Shown: piece after piece, positions 11,307 to 23,262 of the stretch
How the letters are laid out: each line of letters starts with the position of its first letter
How positions within the stretch are numbered: position 1 is the stretch's first letter
Assembly (NCBI GenBank): GCA_038087875.1
Contig: CM075996.1
Location: 8,496,001-8,560,000, forward strand
Length of the DNA stretch: 64,000 bases
Source: Malacoraja senta
Taxonomy: Eukaryota
Direction: 5' to 3'
The notes under the pieces: generated by a model
Told to the model about the DNA's origin: nothing
The model's input: the letters and a program-made list of their open reading frames with translations, nothing else
The model's database searches: none
Translations under genes and position numbers: made by a program

Positions 11307-13322
11307 GTCAGTACTGGGCTCTGGGCTGTGCTCTGACTACAGGGCCTGGGGTTGAGGGAGGGGAGGGGAATTGCTGGCCACAGACACGGTGGGGAGAAGG
11401 GAACAGTAGCTGGGCCTGCAGTGTGAGGCATGGCCCTGGGGAGTGGGATTGGGCCCAGAGGAGATGCAAGAGCTCGGTGCAGGGTGTGGAGTGGCCAGTG
11501 TTTGCCCGCCTGAAGAGTGAGCCTGAGGCATGTGCCCCCTTAGGAAAGTGCAGATGAAGCTCTGTTGCCCGACCTGTGTCTTGTAACTGGAGGCGTTCAA
11601 GAAATGAGTGAATGAGGAAGGGAAGCACGTACTGATTCTGCTGGCACAAGGAACCCCAGACGCTGGAACTTTGAGCAAAAATCACAAAGTGCTGGAGTAG
11701 CTCGGATCAGGCAGCATCTATGGAGACCATGGACTGGTGACGTTTTGAATAAGTGTCCCGACCAGAAACATCCACAACGAAACAAAGCTGTCCACAACCA
11801 TCTCCAGAGATGCTGCATGACACGCTGAGTTACTCCAGCACTTTGTAGCTTTTACTGAATCCGCTGGTCCGGCATTCCGTTCCAGCCTTCAAACGAGACG
11901 TGCTTCTCTCCTGGGCTTTAATTAAATTTGCATAAAAATCACCATTTTTTTTCCCGAAAAGCCAGCCGTCGACTTAAAATTTTTAGAGAGAAAACATTTC
12001 GCATTAAGTCAGGAAGTTGGACTATTTCCACTCCGGACAACTCCCTGCACTCGCTAGTCTTCACAGTATGATTTTTGTTTGGGCATTCTCTCTTTAACTC
12101 GAGTGCCTGTCTCAAAGGAGGGCAGGGAGACCATGTTAAAGATGGCCATGTGTTGTTTTGTTTAGAGATACAGCGTTTAGAGAAACAGGCCCTTCAGCCC
12201 ACCGAGTCCGCACCGACCAGCGATCCCCGCACACCAACACTATCCGACACACACTAGGGACAATTTACATTCGTACCAAGCCAATTGACCTACAAATCTG
12301 TAAGTGTGGGAAGAAACCGAAGATCTCGGAAAAAACCTCGGGGAGAACGTACAAACTCCGTAAAGGCAGCACCCATAGTCTGAATCAAACCCGGGTCTCT
12401 GGCGCTGGAAGGCAGCAACTCTACCACTGCACCGCGGTGCCGCCATAGTTGCTAACCATCCAAATAGCGTTTAGCACCACTGGCAGACCTGCCTGACCCT
12501 GCTGGTTCCACCCATAGGGCTCAGTGATCAGATGAGGCATCAGGTGGGCCTCACGGGATGGGCAGGCAGGCAGGTTGATTTGCCTCTTCCTTAGCCACAC
12601 CCACCACAGTCAGCCCCCACAGCCCCTCTCACCACGGACAGCCTTGGAGTAAACTGGGTGGTGATCCCCCCCTCCCCCCCCCCCCCCCCCGGTCCCCCCT
12701 TCCAATGTCGACCGTGGAGACTCCTGGCTGTGACCCCTCTACCCACACAGCCTTAGTTTCTGTTTAGTTTATTGTCAGGGATACTGAGTTGGATGATCAG
12801 CCATGATCATATTGAATGGCGGTGCAGGCTCGAAGGGCCGAATGGCCTACTCCTGCACCTATTTTCTATGTATCTATGTAACCAGTCAGCGGAAAGATAA
12901 TGCATGATTACAATCGAGCCGTTTACAGTGTACAGATACTTCTGTTGATGTTAAGGGGAAAGTGTCATCCCCTTATCACCGGCGTAGAAGGCAAGCAGCT
13001 TTCGTGTCGGCTGCAGGAAGTTCAGTGCGGACAATGAATGAATGAAATCTTTATTGTCACATGTGACAAGTCACGGTGAAATTCTTTACTTGCATACCAA
13101 GGTATGCAAATAGTTGCCACATAAAGGGTAACTCGTGTAGGGAGGGTGGTAGGGATTGGGAATGGTGCTGTGGTTTTGGGCACGGGATGTGTGTCCGGTC
13201 GGGGTGGGGTGGGCAGGGGATGTGGGTCGGGTCGGGCAATGGGGCTGTCGTTTTGCGCATGAACGTGATCTGCATCGTTTTAACTACCTGCTCTCTCCTC
13301 ACTGGGTGTTTCTCGTTCCCAG

Positions 13323-13400
13323 ATTCTGTTGGGCCCGAACACGGGGATGTCGGGTGGAATGGCGGGATTGCTGCCGCCTCCGCTTCCAGGGAAAATATAA
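13323..13400 (+). CDS. TOMM22: TOMM22 exon 4 (ILLGPNTGMSGGMAGLLPPPLPGKI*)
   Basis: Matches the Tom22 C-terminus ILLGPNTG...LPGKI; acceptor ttcccag; stop TAA. Confidence 0.95.
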   Translation: MLLGPNTGMSGGMAGLLPPPLPGKI

Positions 13401-14809
13401 CGGAGCTGACCCCCGGAGCGGGAAGCGCTGGGGATCTGACAGCACGTGCAGACACGGGACCCGCGGCCCGTCGCCGGGGAGCGTTGCGTTGGTCCCGGCC
13501 GTACAGCTCTGGACCGACCAACCGCACCCAACCTGCAGGAAGGAACTGCAGATGCTGGTTTAAACTGAAGATAGACACAAAAAGTTGGAGTAACTCAGCG
13601 GGACAGACAGCATCTCTGGAGAGATGAAATGGGTGACGTTTCGGGTCGAGACAAGTCTAAAGAAGGGTCTCGACCCGAAATGCCACCTATCTCTTTCCAG
13701 AGATGCTGTCTGACCCGCTGAGTTACTCCAACTTTCTGTGTCTAACCACATCCAACACATTGAGCGCCCGGTCTGCAGGCACTGCCAGTCTCTCAGGGTG
13801 GGGGAGGTTTGGGGGATATCCGTACCAAAATCTGCCGGCTAGTTCATGGCAGAGGGAGGAGACAACTCAGCGAGTGCTCCCGACCTCTCACCCGTGATCT
13901 GCAATCTGATCGTCCGTAGCAGCTTCATCAGCAGGGGTACAAGCTATTCTTCAGCAGCTTCGGGCACCAGTCGTTCATGAATGAAATTGCCGTGTTCACC
14001 AAGTTCAGCCGGGGAGGGGGAGGTGGGGGGGTTAGCAGAGGGGTGTAAGGAGCAGAGGTACCAGTTCAGAATTCTCTTAGCAGAGAACGGCTCATATGTT
14101 CATAAGTGATAGGAGCAGAATTAGACCATTTGGGCCATCAAGTCTGCTCCGCCGTTTAATCATGGCTGATCTATCTCTCCCTCCTAACCCCATTCACCTC
14201 CCTTCCCCCCCCAAAACCTCTGACACCCGTAATAATCTGTCTGCCTCGATGTGACAAGCAGGGCAAGGCTATTGATATATGCTGGCTGCAGCAACGACAG
14301 GCACAATTAGTGCATGGCGTACGTGACTCGTGTACAGTCCGGGTGCCAACACTGATAAACGAGACAGGCGTATGAAGGAAACGCCGATGTTGGTTTACAT
14401 CGAGGATAGACACAAAATGCTGGAGTAACTCAGCGGGTCAGGCAGCATCACTGGAGAGAAGGAGTGGATGACGTTTTGGATCAAGGCCCTTCTTCAGACT
14501 GACGAGGCCCTTACCTCTCTCCAGAGAGACTGTCTGTTCTGCTGAGTTCCAGCATTTTGTGTCTCTATCTTCGAGAGACAAAGAGAGGGATCCAACTGCT
14601 TCCTGCAGCCTAGTGCCTCCCTGACTAATTGCTGGGCAACCAGGCTGACGGGCAGTGGGAATGGTGTCACTGGAGATGTGCAGGGTGAAAGAGATGGGGC
14701 AGGTTGTATTTCATTGCTGATACATGACTCTGGACAATATTTCAGAGACTAGCCTGAACTGCATGCAGACTGGCGATAAGTTGACGTGGAACTGATTGAT
14801 TTGTATTGT

Positions 14810-14815
14810 AATAAA
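14810..14815 (+). terminator. Candidate TOMM22 polyadenylation signal AATAAA
   Basis: First AATAAA I found after the stop, in non-repeat sequence. Confidence 0.5.
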
Positions 14816-15782
14816 GCTCTGGTGCTGCATTGTGAAAGAGTGAACTTTTCTAGTTGAAAGAGGGGAACGCGGGTGCGCGCACACACACACTCACATTCTC
14901 TCACAGGAGTGACTGGTCTGGCACTTAAAGCAGTCGCACTAAGGCTGAGCAACTGCACAGGGCCGAGGGAGGCCAAAAGGTCTTGGCCTGCCCTTTCCCA
15001 CTTGCTCACTAACGCAGTGTGGAACCTGTAAAAGCTACTCTGGTCTGGAAGGCTATTCAATTACATGCAGATGGATACTGTAGCTGGTAGCAATGTTCAG
15101 ATAGATATCTCAACTGAACTGGGCTGCATTGAAGGTTCGTCCAACTGCTGGTACACCTGCAACTGAAGCTCCAGCACCAAAGCGACACCACCTTCACCAA
15201 CTCCCAATCCTGACGTTGATCCTAACTGATGGCCGGGAGGAATCCTTGTCCTGGGTGTGCTGGGACTATGCAGAACTTTGCTCTAACCCTTTTCCACTTT
15301 TTAAAAAATTAAATAACTATTAGAAACAACAGCATTAGTTAATAATATTGACTTTAGTGTTGAGGATGCACTCAATCCCGAGCAAATTCCAATTGTGTGT
15401 CCTCCAGTAAACCTGTGCCCCCTCTCTAGACTCAAACATAGACTAGAGATACAGCAAGGAAACAGGCCCTTCGGCCCACCTAGTTTGTGCCAACACACAC
15501 TAGGGACAATTTTACAACTTACCAAAGTCAATTAGCCTTGAATCCTGTACGTTTTTGGAATGTGAGCAGAAACTGGAGCACCCAGAGAAAACCCACAGGG
15601 AGAATATACAAACTCCGTACAGATAGCACCCATAGTCAGGATTGTTCCTAGGTCCCTACCGCTGTAAGGCAGCAACTGTACTGCTGTGCCACCCACATTG
15701 TGTCTGAGGCTGGAAAAGCCACCTGGACTGGGCCCAGGAGCAGAGTATTTAAACGTACTGTTTAAATACGTGGTACTCCACC

Positions 15783-16372
15783 TGCATCTGCTCGGAAAGG
15801 AAGGCTCTGCAGAGGGTAGTGAGGGGAGCAGAGAAGATCATTGGCGTCTCCCTACCCTCGGTACAAGAACTGTTCCTGAGCCGCTGTCGGAAAAAAGCTC
15901 AGAGAATTGCTAAGGACAAACTGCACCCCCTCCACATACACCTGGATCTCCTGCCATCAGGCAAGAGATATCGCAGCATCAAAGCCCGGACTACAAGACT
16001 GCTAAACAGCTTCCTGCCATATGCTGTGAGGCTGCTAAACAGCCACTCTGTACTCACAGTCACCTGATTCTGCGGCTTTGCACGGACACTATAATAACTG
16101 TCACTGGCCACTTCAATAACTGGCACTGGCCACTCAAATCAGCCACCCCGGACATGTTTATGATTGGTCTTACTGTATTTTAACGTTTTTATCTATTTTA
16201 ACTTTATACTGTTCCACCAGGGACTGGATTGTTTTTAGTGTTATTATGTGTGAAATGTTTTAAACTTCATGTGCGATGCTCCGGTATTCCCTGGGAAACG
16301 TCTTCTCGTTTTGCACTGCACAACTGTTGCTTGCAAGATGACAATAAAGGAATTGAATTGAATTGAATTGAA
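15783..16372 (+). mobile_element. Rex1/Babar-like LINE 3' end with (AATTG)n tail
   Basis: LLPSGKRYRSIKARTTRLLNSFLP; microsatellite tail. Confidence 0.8.
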
Positions 16373-16959
16373 CAACAAGGAGCTGACCTCCTCTGTCCCC
16401 GCCACCAAATGTCTAGAGATTGGGAGAATGGGCCTGATGTGCATTCAGAACATGAGTTGTCCTTAAACTATTCAAAGCTGGCTGCAATTTCACATATTTC
16501 ACTTTCCATGCACACACATGGAAAGTGGATATGTTGAGATTGCAAGTGACATGGGAACTTATGATGCAGCCTTAAACTCTTTTGCGTAGAACTGCCCTAT
16601 GTAACTGTTGTGTAAACAGGATCTGTGAATGTGAGGAGCACACAGAATTTGCCAAGAGAGACTCCATGCACTATTGTCAGGTTTTCACCCAGGATGTCTC
16701 AGAAGATAGACACAAAATGCTGGAGTTGGTCAGGCAGCATTTCTGGAGAAAAGGAGATAGGTGATGTTTTGGGTCGGGTCCCTTCTTCAGACTAAGCGTG
16801 ACGGGAGAGGGAAACGAGATATGAAAAGGTATAAAGAACAGACGAATGAATGAAAATAACCAAGACAGCAATAATGATCAAGGTAAGGTAGAGCGCACAA
16901 TGGTCCATTGTTGGCTGTGGGGAAGAATATAACGAGTGGGTGCAAACAGTGAAACAGCA

Positions 16960-17553
16960 GGACGGAGAGGGCGGTGAGGTGAAGGGGGGCGGGGCGAGGT
17001 GGTGACGCGCAAGAGGGGGCGGTGACCAATGTTGAGAGGGCAGGAGCCGCGCACGCGGAGTGGGAGACGTGGGAAGGGGGCGGGGATGGTGACGCACGAT
17101 GGGGGCCCGGTTAATGACGCATGGAGGGGGCGGGGATTGGCGTGGTGGGCGGGGTTGATGACGCACAAAGGGGCGGGGTTAACGACGCGTGAAGGGGCGG
17201 GGATTGGCGTTGGGGGCGTGGTTGATGGCGCGTGGAGGGTTGGGGTTACTGACGCATGGAGGGGGCGGGGATTTGTGTTGGGGGCGGGGTTGATGACTCT
17301 TGGAGGGGCGGGGTTACAACGCAAGGAGGGGGCGGGCATTGGCGTTAGAGGCGGGGCGTTTTCGGACGGGGCAGATGGAGGGGCGGTGACGTACCCGGTG
17401 TGGCGGGGACGCGCGTTTGGGGGCGGTGACGTGCCCGGTGTGGCGGGGACGCGCGTTTGGGGGCGGTGACGTGCCCGGTGTGGCGGGGAGGCGCGTTGGA
17501 GGGCCGGGGCGGACGAGTGGGCGAAGACACTACGATCTTTGCTAGCGGGTGTC
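16960..17553 (+). promoter_or_regulatory. ADSL CpG-island promoter built from repeated GC boxes (GGGGCGGGG) and TGACG half-CRE sites
   Basis: About 10 GC boxes and about 8 TGACG; ~39-bp tandem unit at 17380-17500. Confidence 0.75.
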
Positions 17554-17739
17554 ATGGCGCTGCCTGCAGGAGGAGAAGCGGGGGGCGGCGGCGGCGGAGG
17601 CGGAGACGTGGACCTCGGGCGCTACCGCTCGCCCCTGGTCAGCCGGTACTCGTCCCAGGAGATGGCCTTCAACTTCAGCGAGGCCAAGAAGTTCAACACG
17701 TGGCGCCGGCTCTGGCTGTACCTGGCCAGGGGCGAGAGG
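17554..17739 (+). CDS. ADSL: Adenylosuccinate lyase exon 1 ([62 protein letters not shown])
   Basis: YRSPLxSRY and KFxTWRRLW motifs; gtcATGg; donor GTGAGA. Confidence 0.95.
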
Positions 17740-18378
17740 GTGAGAGGCCGGGGAGCGGGCTGATTGGGTCTGGGTGAGGGGCGAAGGTGATAAGGTCACA
17801 AGTGATAGGAGCAGAATTAGGCCATTCGGCTTATCAAGCCCACTCCGCCATTCAATCATGGCTGATCTATCCCTCCTAACCCCATTCTCCTGCCTTCTCC
17901 CCATAACCCGTACTAATCAAGAATCTATCTCTGCCTTAAAAATATCCACATGTAATGAATTCCACAGATTCACCACACTCCCTGAGTAAAGAAATTCCTC
18001 CACATCTCTTTCCTAAAGAAATGTCCATTCATTCTCAGGCTGTGACCTCTCGTCCTAGACTCTCCCACTAGTGGAAACGTCCTCTCCACATCCACTCTAT
18101 TTAAGCCTTTCACTATTTGGTGTCAGAGAGTGCGAGAGCAGGGATACTGGGAGAGGGGAAAGGGTGGTGGGGAGAGAAGACTGGGGGAGGAAGGAATAAT
18201 GTGGGGAGCAGCAGGGGAGTGGGAGGAGGGGCAATGGTAGGAGAGAGGAGCCAAGGGTGGGATTGGGGAGCAAGGTGGGGCGCAGGTGGAGAGAGGAGCA
18301 TTGGGAAGTGGAAAAAGTGGGATGTCGGATGACTCAGGATAACTGAAGGGGACAGGGGCCTGGAGTGAGGAGCAGGAG

Positions 18379-21072
18379 CAGGGCTCTCGCTTAACTTTTT
18401 TTTCCTGTTGCCAGCCGGGCAACCTTGGCAGTTTTTTAGGTTGCCAAATGACAGTTTAGGTGGTCATTTAAGATGGCTTGCATGACGCGTGAATGAAGCA
18501 TTCACATATTATTTCTGCTTCAAATAAAGTCACAAACTAAACATATTCACCAATCAAGACATGATATATCCCACAATGACATGTAACAATTTTACACATT
18601 GCAATTAATGCAATTTCTATTAGTTCTTTCCACTTCCAAACTAAAATGTGGTTGAATTATTCAGCATATGATCCACCTGTGCCAATAAATCCTGGACCAT
18701 GGTAACATATATGCTTAACCATGCACACTACAGATTGATGCAAGCATGTTTTCTGTGAAGGACCGAAAATTACCATAACATGGCCATAGCATGGGTCGTT
18801 ATTGCTATTTGTACAGAAACACTCTCACTTCCCACATAATTTATCCACAACAAAATATACAGGTTGTAAGGAAATTTCTAAAGGCATTTTATGATAATAG
18901 GTGTTAAAACCGACTATACCCATCTGACAGGTTAAACATTACACTAACTGACAAGAGATGGCCAAAGGACATAACTGCAGCAAATGTTCTTTTGGTAATA
19001 TATTTAAAGATGTCAAGACACCACATTACCAGACATTCATATTAGATGTACGTGTTGTGAACAGCAATGAAGATACCCAGTTTGTAAGCACCAGATTACA
19101 TTTTTTTAATTGATAAACGCTGTTTCCATAATTCCCACTTCAGAATTAACGTTAAAATTTCAACTGAAATATCTCCTGACCAAATTTGTGATGTATATGA
19201 TCGACTGTAGAAGTAAAACCTGGATAAATCCAACGTATAGTTGTGAATGTTGCTCATTAAATAACTACAGTACTGATACTCCATATTAAGAGCATTGATT
19301 TGCCGTTAAAATGAATTCTGTAATAACGTGTCAACGGCAGCAGTGACAATCGAACACTGCGGTTTTAATGTTTCACGTATTCACAATATAGTTAATCCAT
19401 CTTTATGGACTAAAACAAATAATAACATTGGGAATTAAAACACATTTGATTGCATTCCGTTATCAAACATAGTCAATGTTCGCTCTAAAGACATTTCCAG
19501 CACAATAGGGTCAGGAAGTGGTGTGTGTGTGAATCAGTGCGGGGTGGATAGATGGTGGGGGTGGGGGGGGGGTGGTTGGAAGGCAGTCGGTGCAGAATGG
19601 ATGGATTGAGGCAGGTGAATTAGTACGTGTTCGTTGGAGTAGGTAAAATTGTGAGGGGAGAGCACGGGGGATGTCAGTGGTGTTGAATGGGGGGGGGGTA
19701 CGGGATGGTGGGGTTAGACAAAAGTGCTGGAGAAACTCAGCGGGTGAGGCAGCATCTATGGAGTGAAGGAAATAGGCAACTTTTTGGGTCGAGACCCTTC
19801 TTCAGACTGTTCCCCCCATTCTTCTTGAATGGGAGGATCAGTACAGGATGGATTGGAGGGGGGGGTGGAGATCAGCACAGGATGAATTGGGGGAGGTGGG
19901 TCAGTACAGTGTGGATCGGAGGGTCTGAGCAGGATGAATGGGTGATCACCACAGGATGAATGAGGGGAAGGTGCAGGGTAAAGAAGGGTGGGTCAGTACG
20001 GGATGAATGCGTGGATTAGTACAGGATGGATGGGGGATCAGTACTGGATGGATGGAGGAGAAGTGCAGGATGGATGGGAAGGGGGGTCAGTACAGGATGA
20101 ATTGGGGGACCAGTGTAGGATGGATGGGGGGGGGGTGGCAGGAGAATCAATGCGAGGTGGATAGGGTAATATGCGCAGGATGAATAGATGGGGTGGGGGG
20201 GTGTAGATGGGGAGGGGAGCACAGTGGATGTCTGTGAGGACTGAATAGAGGCGAGAATGGGGATCAGTGCGGGATGGAGAGGAGGGGTCCCAGGATAAGA
20301 GGGGCGGGGGTGTGGACAAGAGAGAGAGAGAGAGAGGGGGGGGCGAGGTGGGGAGGAAGGAAGGTCAGCGCTCCTCGGACAACATCGCCCCGCTGCCTTG
20401 GCCGTTGGGATTTCCTCGCCACCGCCTCCCTCCTCCCTCCTCCGCCAGCCAACAGCAAGGTGCGGGGCCGAGCGGTGCAGCTCAAAGATCCTATAGCTAT
20501 AGGATCTTTGGTGCAGCTGCTTCAGAAGGGTCAGAACGAATGATGGGCCCCGAACAGCGGCAGCAGCGGCGTCGACAGCGGCTCCATCTCCTCCTCCTCC
20601 CTGATAGCGGCCGCTGCTTGCAAATCCGCTAACGGCGCTTACAAAACAAACCCTCCCGCACGCCGAGGCCTCCCCCTCCTGGCCTCGGAGTGCGGGAGGG
20701 TTTGTTTTGTAAGCGCCGTTAGCGGATTTGTAAGCAGCGGCCCTTATCAGGGCGGGCGGGGTGCGGGAGGAGGAGGCGGTGGAGCCGCTGTCGCGGCCGC
20801 TGCTGCCGCTGTTCGGAGCCCGTTATTCGCTCCGACCCTTCGTCACCCTGCACCTAGTATATTTGCCCCGTGCGAGAGCCGTCGCCGACACGAAACTTCG
20901 CATTCCTTTTCTCCACAGATGCTGCCTGACCCGCGGAGTTACTCCAGATTTTTGTGTCTATCTTCGGTATAAACCAAGTTGCCAAGCCGGGCAAAATGAC
21001 TCGCTGTTTATGTTGCCCGGCGGCACTTTGGGTGGTCAGTGGCACCCGGGCAACCGCTAATTTCGAGCCCTG
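18379..21072. mobile_element. ~2.7-kb non-autonomous hAT-like DNA transposon in ADSL intron 1
   Basis: Termini CAGGGCTC...GAGCCCTG, subterminal GGCAAC/GTTGCC repeats, flanking 5-bp AGGAG duplication. Confidence 0.75.
20483..20510. mobile_element. 28-bp TIR-only hAT derivative
   Basis: Perfect palindrome CAAAGATCCTATAG-CTATAGGATCTTTG flanked by 8-bp TSD GTGCAGCT. Confidence 0.8.
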
Positions 21073-21924
21073 AGGAGGTTGCGAAACTAAGTTTGGATAG
21101 AATTTATAAGATTTGTCAGTAAAGGTGGTGGAAACTGATGGAGTGTCTACCCTAGGAGAAAAAATAGGACTTTGTGTCCTTTATTGACGGAGTAAAGCTT
21201 CGATTGTCTCAAGATATATTGTCATCGAAGGGTCTGAGAACAAAACACCGTAGGAACAAGCCCTTCAGCCCGCAATGACGTCAAAGATTACGGGGAGAAG
21301 GCAGGAGAATGGGGTTGAGAAGGAAAAATAGATCAGCCATGATTGAATGGCGGAGCACACTTGATGGGCCACAATGGCCTAATTCTGCTCCTATCTCTTA
21401 TGACACCAATTCACCACAACAATCCTCGGACTAAACATGGTTAACATGTGCTGATGTGGTGAAGATTGGGTTCATATTCCTTAATTTAAAACGATTGAAG
21501 AATGAGCTAATTGAACTTCAGATGATGAAAGGATTTATTGCAGTACATTTGGAGAAACGTTCCTCTGGTATAGCAGTGAGAGGGAGTTATAGACAAGTTA
21601 GGGAGCACATCCTGAAAATAGGGGAAAGTTGTAATGTCAGACAGCATTTACACAATGGGCATGATGATTTTAAACTTTTTCAGCCCCCACAAGATACAGA
21701 CTGTGGATAGGTGTAGGGATACGTGAGAACATTCCAGCACCTGAGATTTTTTTGTCGTAAATGTTAATGTTATCAAGGAGCAAAATTGATAGATATGTGT
21801 TGGCGACGGACCAATATCGATTAACTATTCGAAAAGGTATGATGGACAATGTCTGACAATAGCAGGGGAGGCCTTTTGGCCCGTTATGAGTGTGCTGGCT
21901 CTTTGAAAGATCTTCATGATGATC

Positions 21925-22458
21925 CCCAGTATGCAGTTGCCCCAACAGCTGCTGACAACGTTCTACCGCTGCACCACAGAGAGCATATTAACGTATGGCA
22001 TCTCTGTGTGGTATCTCAGCTGCACGGAGGCGGAGAGGAGAGCTCTTCAGCGCGTCGTCCACAGAGCGCAGAGGATCATTGGGACAGAGCTACCAGCCTT
22101 GGAGGGCATCTACCACACACGGTGCCTCAGGAAGGCCGTCAGCATCCATAAGGACTCATCACACCCTTGTAACGGACTGCTTGAACTACTTCCCTCCGGC
22201 AGACGTTACAAGGCCTTCTACGCCCGAACCGCCAGACTCAGAAACAGCTTTATTCCAAGAGCCATAGCGGCTCTGAACCGGCCCTGCTGAGTGCCCCCCC
22301 ACCCACCCCTCCTGGACAGTCTCCCTCGGATGGTCACGTCACTCAGCTTGCTTATTTATTTATTTTACTTTTCTTGTACATCGGTGGAGCTGCATACTAA
22401 ATCTCGTTGCACTGACGTGCAATGACAATAAAAGATATTATTATTATTATTATTATTA
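21925..22458 (+). mobile_element. Rex1/Babar-like LINE 3' end with (TTA)n tail
   Basis: FYRCTTESILTY...LQRVV...LLPSGRRYK...RLRNSFIPRAI. Confidence 0.85.
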
Positions 22459-23058
22459 TGTTTGTTCCATTGTCCAAACTGACTTTTGAACGTTTCTGAA
22501 GACCAATTCTCCAGCCCTTTCAAGTGTTGAGTCCCAGGTTTTAGTCATCTACTCGGAATGACCTCCTTCCGTGTCTTGTTGTGATCCTTGCAGAAAGTTT
22601 TCCTTCTGTCTCTTTAGTTCTTGGCCCATTGTTTAAATATTTGGCTTCTGGTCTACTTTTTAGAGGAAATAGTTTCATGTGTAGGAAGGAACAGCAGATG
22701 CTGGTTTAAATAGAAGGTAGACACAATATGCTGGCGAGACTCAGCGGGACAGGCAGCATCTCTGGGGAGATGGAATGGGTGACGCTTCGGGCGAGACCCT
22801 TCCTCAGATTGACGCGAAGTGTCACCCATTCCTTCTCTCCAGAGATGCTGCCTGTCCCGCTGAGTTACTCCAGCCATTTGTGTCGATCTTCAGAAATAGT
22901 TTCATCCTGGGCGCATTGTCAAACTCTTTGATAGTTTCGAAGGTCCAACTCTCCTCATTCCTCTCTGAATGGTTGCACCTTCTGCCTGTGACCACGTGCA
23001 TCTTCTTGGATGGTGTGTGGATGAATCCTCACTCCAGTTCTCGCTTGCCTCTTTGCAG

Positions 23059-23262
23059 ATGTTGGGATTGCCGATCACCGAGGAGCAGCTCCAGGAAATG
23101 GAGTCAAATCTGGAAAACATTGATTACAAGATGGCTGCTGAGGAGGAGAAGAAGCTGCGGCACGACGTGATGGCCCACATCCACACGTTTGCCCACTGCT
23201 GCCCCAAGGCCGCTGCCATCATCCACCTTGGAGCCACCTCCTGCTACGTCGGGGACAACACG
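23059..23262 (+). CDS. ADSL: ADSL exon 2 ([14 protein letters not shown]...[35 protein letters not shown])
   Basis: Conserved HDVMAH and IHLGATS; AG/GT boundaries, 204 nt. Confidence 0.97.
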
